In this document: piece by piece, positions 61,059 to 64,000 of the stretch
Layout: every line of letters starts with the position of its first letter
Numbering within the stretch: position 1 is the first letter of the stretch
NCBI GenBank assembly: GCA_010015585.1
Contig: ML975151.1
DNA length: 64,000 nucleotides
From: Eremomyces bilateralis CBS 781.70
Taxonomy: Eukaryota
Reading direction: 5' to 3' (one strand)
The notes under the pieces: generated by a model
Told to the model about the DNA's origin: nothing
What the model saw: the letters and a program-made list of their open reading frames with translations, nothing else
Database searches by the model: none
Translations under genes and position numbers: made by a program

Positions 61059-63431
61059 ATGGCGAGCGGAGACTTCCTTGCTGGAAGTGTGGATCCTGAA
61101 ACCCTCTACACAAAGCAGTCATGTATTGGAGGTGGCAGTTTTGGGAAGGTGTACAAAGGGTCAGTGAGATTTCTACAATTTATAGGCCATTCAACTGAGG
61201 ATTATCTAGGGTAGACAAGAGAACAGGACAGGCCGTCGCCATCAAGGTCATTGATGTCGAAAACGCTGAAGATGAGGTTGAGGATATCATCCAAGAGATC
61301 GCCATCCTGTCTGAGTTGCATTCTCCTTATGTGACCAAGTACTATGGGTCCTACCTGAAGGGATCGGACCTGTGGATTATCATGGAGTTCTGTTCGGGTG
61401 GCAGCTGCCAGGACCTAATGAAACCAGGGCTCATTTCTGAAGAGTATATCACCATTATTATCAGAGAGCTCTTGATGGGACTCGAGTACCTACATGGGGA
61501 CAACAAATTACATCGGGATATAAAAGGTGAGGGTTCCTGATTCCTTCCTCTCAACCAAACCGCTCATGAATGCCACAGCTGCCAATATCCTCCTTGGAGC
61601 GAATGGCCAAGTCAAGCTCGCTGATTTCGGTGTTTCCGGCCAACTCTCCGCAACGATGACGAAGAAGAACACATTTGTAGGCACGCCTTTCTGGATGGCC
61701 CCGGAAGTCATCAAGCAGTCAGGCTATGATCACAAGGCGGACATCTGGTCCCTTGGTATTACCGCCCTCGAACTCGCCAATGGCGAACCTCCGTATGCGG
61801 ATATCCACCCCATGAAGGTCCTATTCCTCATCCCGAAAAATCCACCGCCGCAGCTCCATGGTACCTTCTCCCGCGCCTTCAAAGACTTCGTCGAGCTGTG
61901 CCTCAAGAAGGAACCTCGCGAACGTCCATCCGCCAAAGACCTGCTGAAACATTCCTTCGTCCGCCGCGCCAAGAAGACAACTTATTTGACGGAGCTAATC
62001 GAACGCCGTGAGCGCTACGTCGCGCAGAAAGGCGGAAAAGACTCCGATGACGAAACGGAAGACGATTCCTCCACCGACGGCGATGCCTCGCGCTTGTCTA
62101 ACGAAGACCTGTGGGACTTCGGCACCGTCAAACCCGTCAACAACCGCGCGGCCGCCCTCCAAGACCTCAACGACGCCGCCGCCAACGCCCGCACGACGCA
62201 CCACTCTCCCGCCCCCTCCCCGACCAAAATCGATCGATTCGACTTCGCCAACCCCCTCCCCAAGCGGTCCGGCTCCGGTGAGGAGAACCGTGCCCCGGGC
62301 GAGCCGCAGCGGCAGCCACGCGTCCCGTCGGCAAGCACGCTCCGCATCCGGGCACCGCCAGCGCCTCTACCTGCATCGCCGAAGCGCCAGAGCGGTATCG
62401 ATGGAACGGTCGTGCAGGAATCGCCAACCCGTGCGGCGAAGATCCCGTTGCCGCCGTCGCCGGAGAAAGGGCGACTGGAGAAGACGTTCGTGCCGCTGAC
62501 ACCGTCAAAACAGATACGGGATGAGATGCTGCTGGGAGAAGAACGGAGAGTCACGCAAGAGGCGTCGCGATTGGATGGGTTCTTGCAGCGGGGAATGGCC
62601 GGGTTGAACATCCATTCCGGACCGCAGAGGAGCCCGGTGGTAGTTTCGCAGCAGTCACCGTCTCACCGTCCCTCGACTCCAAAGCGGCACGATGAAATCC
62701 CGCTGCCATCGTTCGAAGTGCCACGGGCTCGACCGTACCGAACCGTGCAAGAGCAGGCCCCTCCCCCGAAGCTTTCCACGCCGATCACCCTGCCTCCTAT
62801 CCCGCCATTCAAAGGCAACCCTCCCCGCCCATCCCACGACCTCCCATCCCACTCCTCCCTCAACCCACAAAAGCCCCTCCCCTCCTTCTCCCCTCCACCC
62901 CAACCATTCACCCCACCCCACCCCCACCCCTCCCCCTCCCACCACCCGTCCCCACTCTTCCCCTCACCCCACCTCTCCACTCCCTCTCAAAACCAACCCC
63001 CCCCCGGCTCCCTCCCCATCCCCACTCCCACCCCCCTTTCCAACATATCCACCCCACCCTCAACCCACCCCCCTCCACCTCCCCTCCACCCCCAACAAAC
63101 CCCCGACATCACCGCCCTCACCTCCGTCGTCCTCCCCGCCCTCGAAGAAGCCCTCCGCCGCCGCAGCGCCTCCGTGCACCACGCGCAAACCGCCTCCCGC
63201 CGCGCCGAGACCCACACCGACGCGTCCCGCGCGCATGCCGACGCGCTCCGCACCCAGCGCGAGGCGCACGAGCAGATCCGTCGGCTGGTGGGGAAGGCGG
63301 CGCGGGTGTTTCGGGAGATCGATGCGTGGGATGCGGCCGGGCCGGTTGAGATGGGTGGGGGAGTGGTGAGTTTTTTGGAGGGGATGTTGGAGGAGGTGTT
63401 GGTTAGGGTGGAGGTGGGGGATGAGGAATAG
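61059..63431 (+). CDS. mst1: Ste20-like germinal-centre kinase (GCK-III, MST3/STK24-like); 3 exons
   Basis: [24 protein letters not shown] and the STE20 signature GTPFWMAPE, followed by WDFGTV, a Pro-rich region and a helical C-terminus. Confidence 0.88.
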
Positions 63432-63525
63432 GAGTGAGGAGTGAGGAGTGAGGAATGAGTGGAGGGATGATGATGGTCATGGCTGATGCTTTATGATGGA
63501 TGATGGATGATGGATGAGTGATGGG
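63431..63525. repeat. Short tandem repeats (GGAGTGA)n and (GATGGAT)n after the kinase stop
   Basis: ggagtgaggagtgaggagtgagg and gatggatgatggatgatggatga. Confidence 0.7.
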
Positions 63526-63850
63526 TAGGGCGGACTGGCGGGATGGACGATTGATCGATGCGATACGGATGACATCGGCGCTGCTGAAGTGAGCCTTTTC
63601 TGTTTTTGTGCGGCTCGCTGGGCGTGGCTTGTGGTATTTTTTCTACGGACGACAACGGCGTTTCAGGGGCAGTGATGGGCCCGAGTAGCAAGTCATACAA
63701 TCGATGCACGTTTGGCGAAGCGGATTTTATTGCTGTGGTTTACTTCGAACTATAGGCGGTGGGTAAGAACAATAGCAGCTATTCTGATGTGGAATTCTCA
63801 TAATGGGTGATAGGTGAATGGTATTTGACTAAGTATTATCAACATGAATT

Positions 63851-63896
63851 TCATTCAACTAGGGGTCGGCGGTATAGCAGAACCCGATTGACTATC
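63851..63896 (-). CDS. Possible terminal exon of a gene extending beyond the window
   Basis: On the minus strand a GCTAAC branch site (63913-63918) and a CTAG acceptor (63897-63900) precede IVNRVLLYRRPLVE-stop. Confidence 0.3.
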
Positions 63897-64000
63897 CTAG
63901 CCATGCGTCCAGTTAGCCCTGTGCCAGAACCCCGTTGTTAACTCATCAATAACGCAAGTGTAAGAGTGGTCTGGTTTCCCGATGCTTTCAAGTTCTTTGT

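Overview
Eukaryotic DNA from a filamentous ascomycete (Pezizomycotina-type genes with short GT-AG introns and CTAAC/CTGAC branch sites). About 20 protein-coding loci are present. Conserved housekeeping genes: VPS5, PRI2, PHO13, aspartyl aminopeptidase, CDH1/Fzr, a patatin lipase, a DNF3-like P4-ATPase, samB/MUB1 and an MST/GCK-III kinase. Accessory genes: a Zn2Cys6 factor, a hotdog thioesterase, a Pth11-like membrane protein, a secreted and probably GPI-anchored carboxylesterase, three P450s, a chromate transporter, a cellodextrin/lactose-type transporter and a multiply disabled FMO pseudogene. An intact pogo/Fot1 DNA transposon (47-bp perfect TIRs, TA duplication) sits 110 bp upstream of PHO13. 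A degenerate ~270-bp foldback element lies near 42.3 kb. The most unusual pattern is a series of strand-symmetric C-rich to G-rich skew switches inside the core genes, which I did not see in the accessory block. I saw no tRNA, rRNA or CRISPR and no secondary-metabolite backbone gene. Exon boundaries and orthology were read by eye and are not database-verified.
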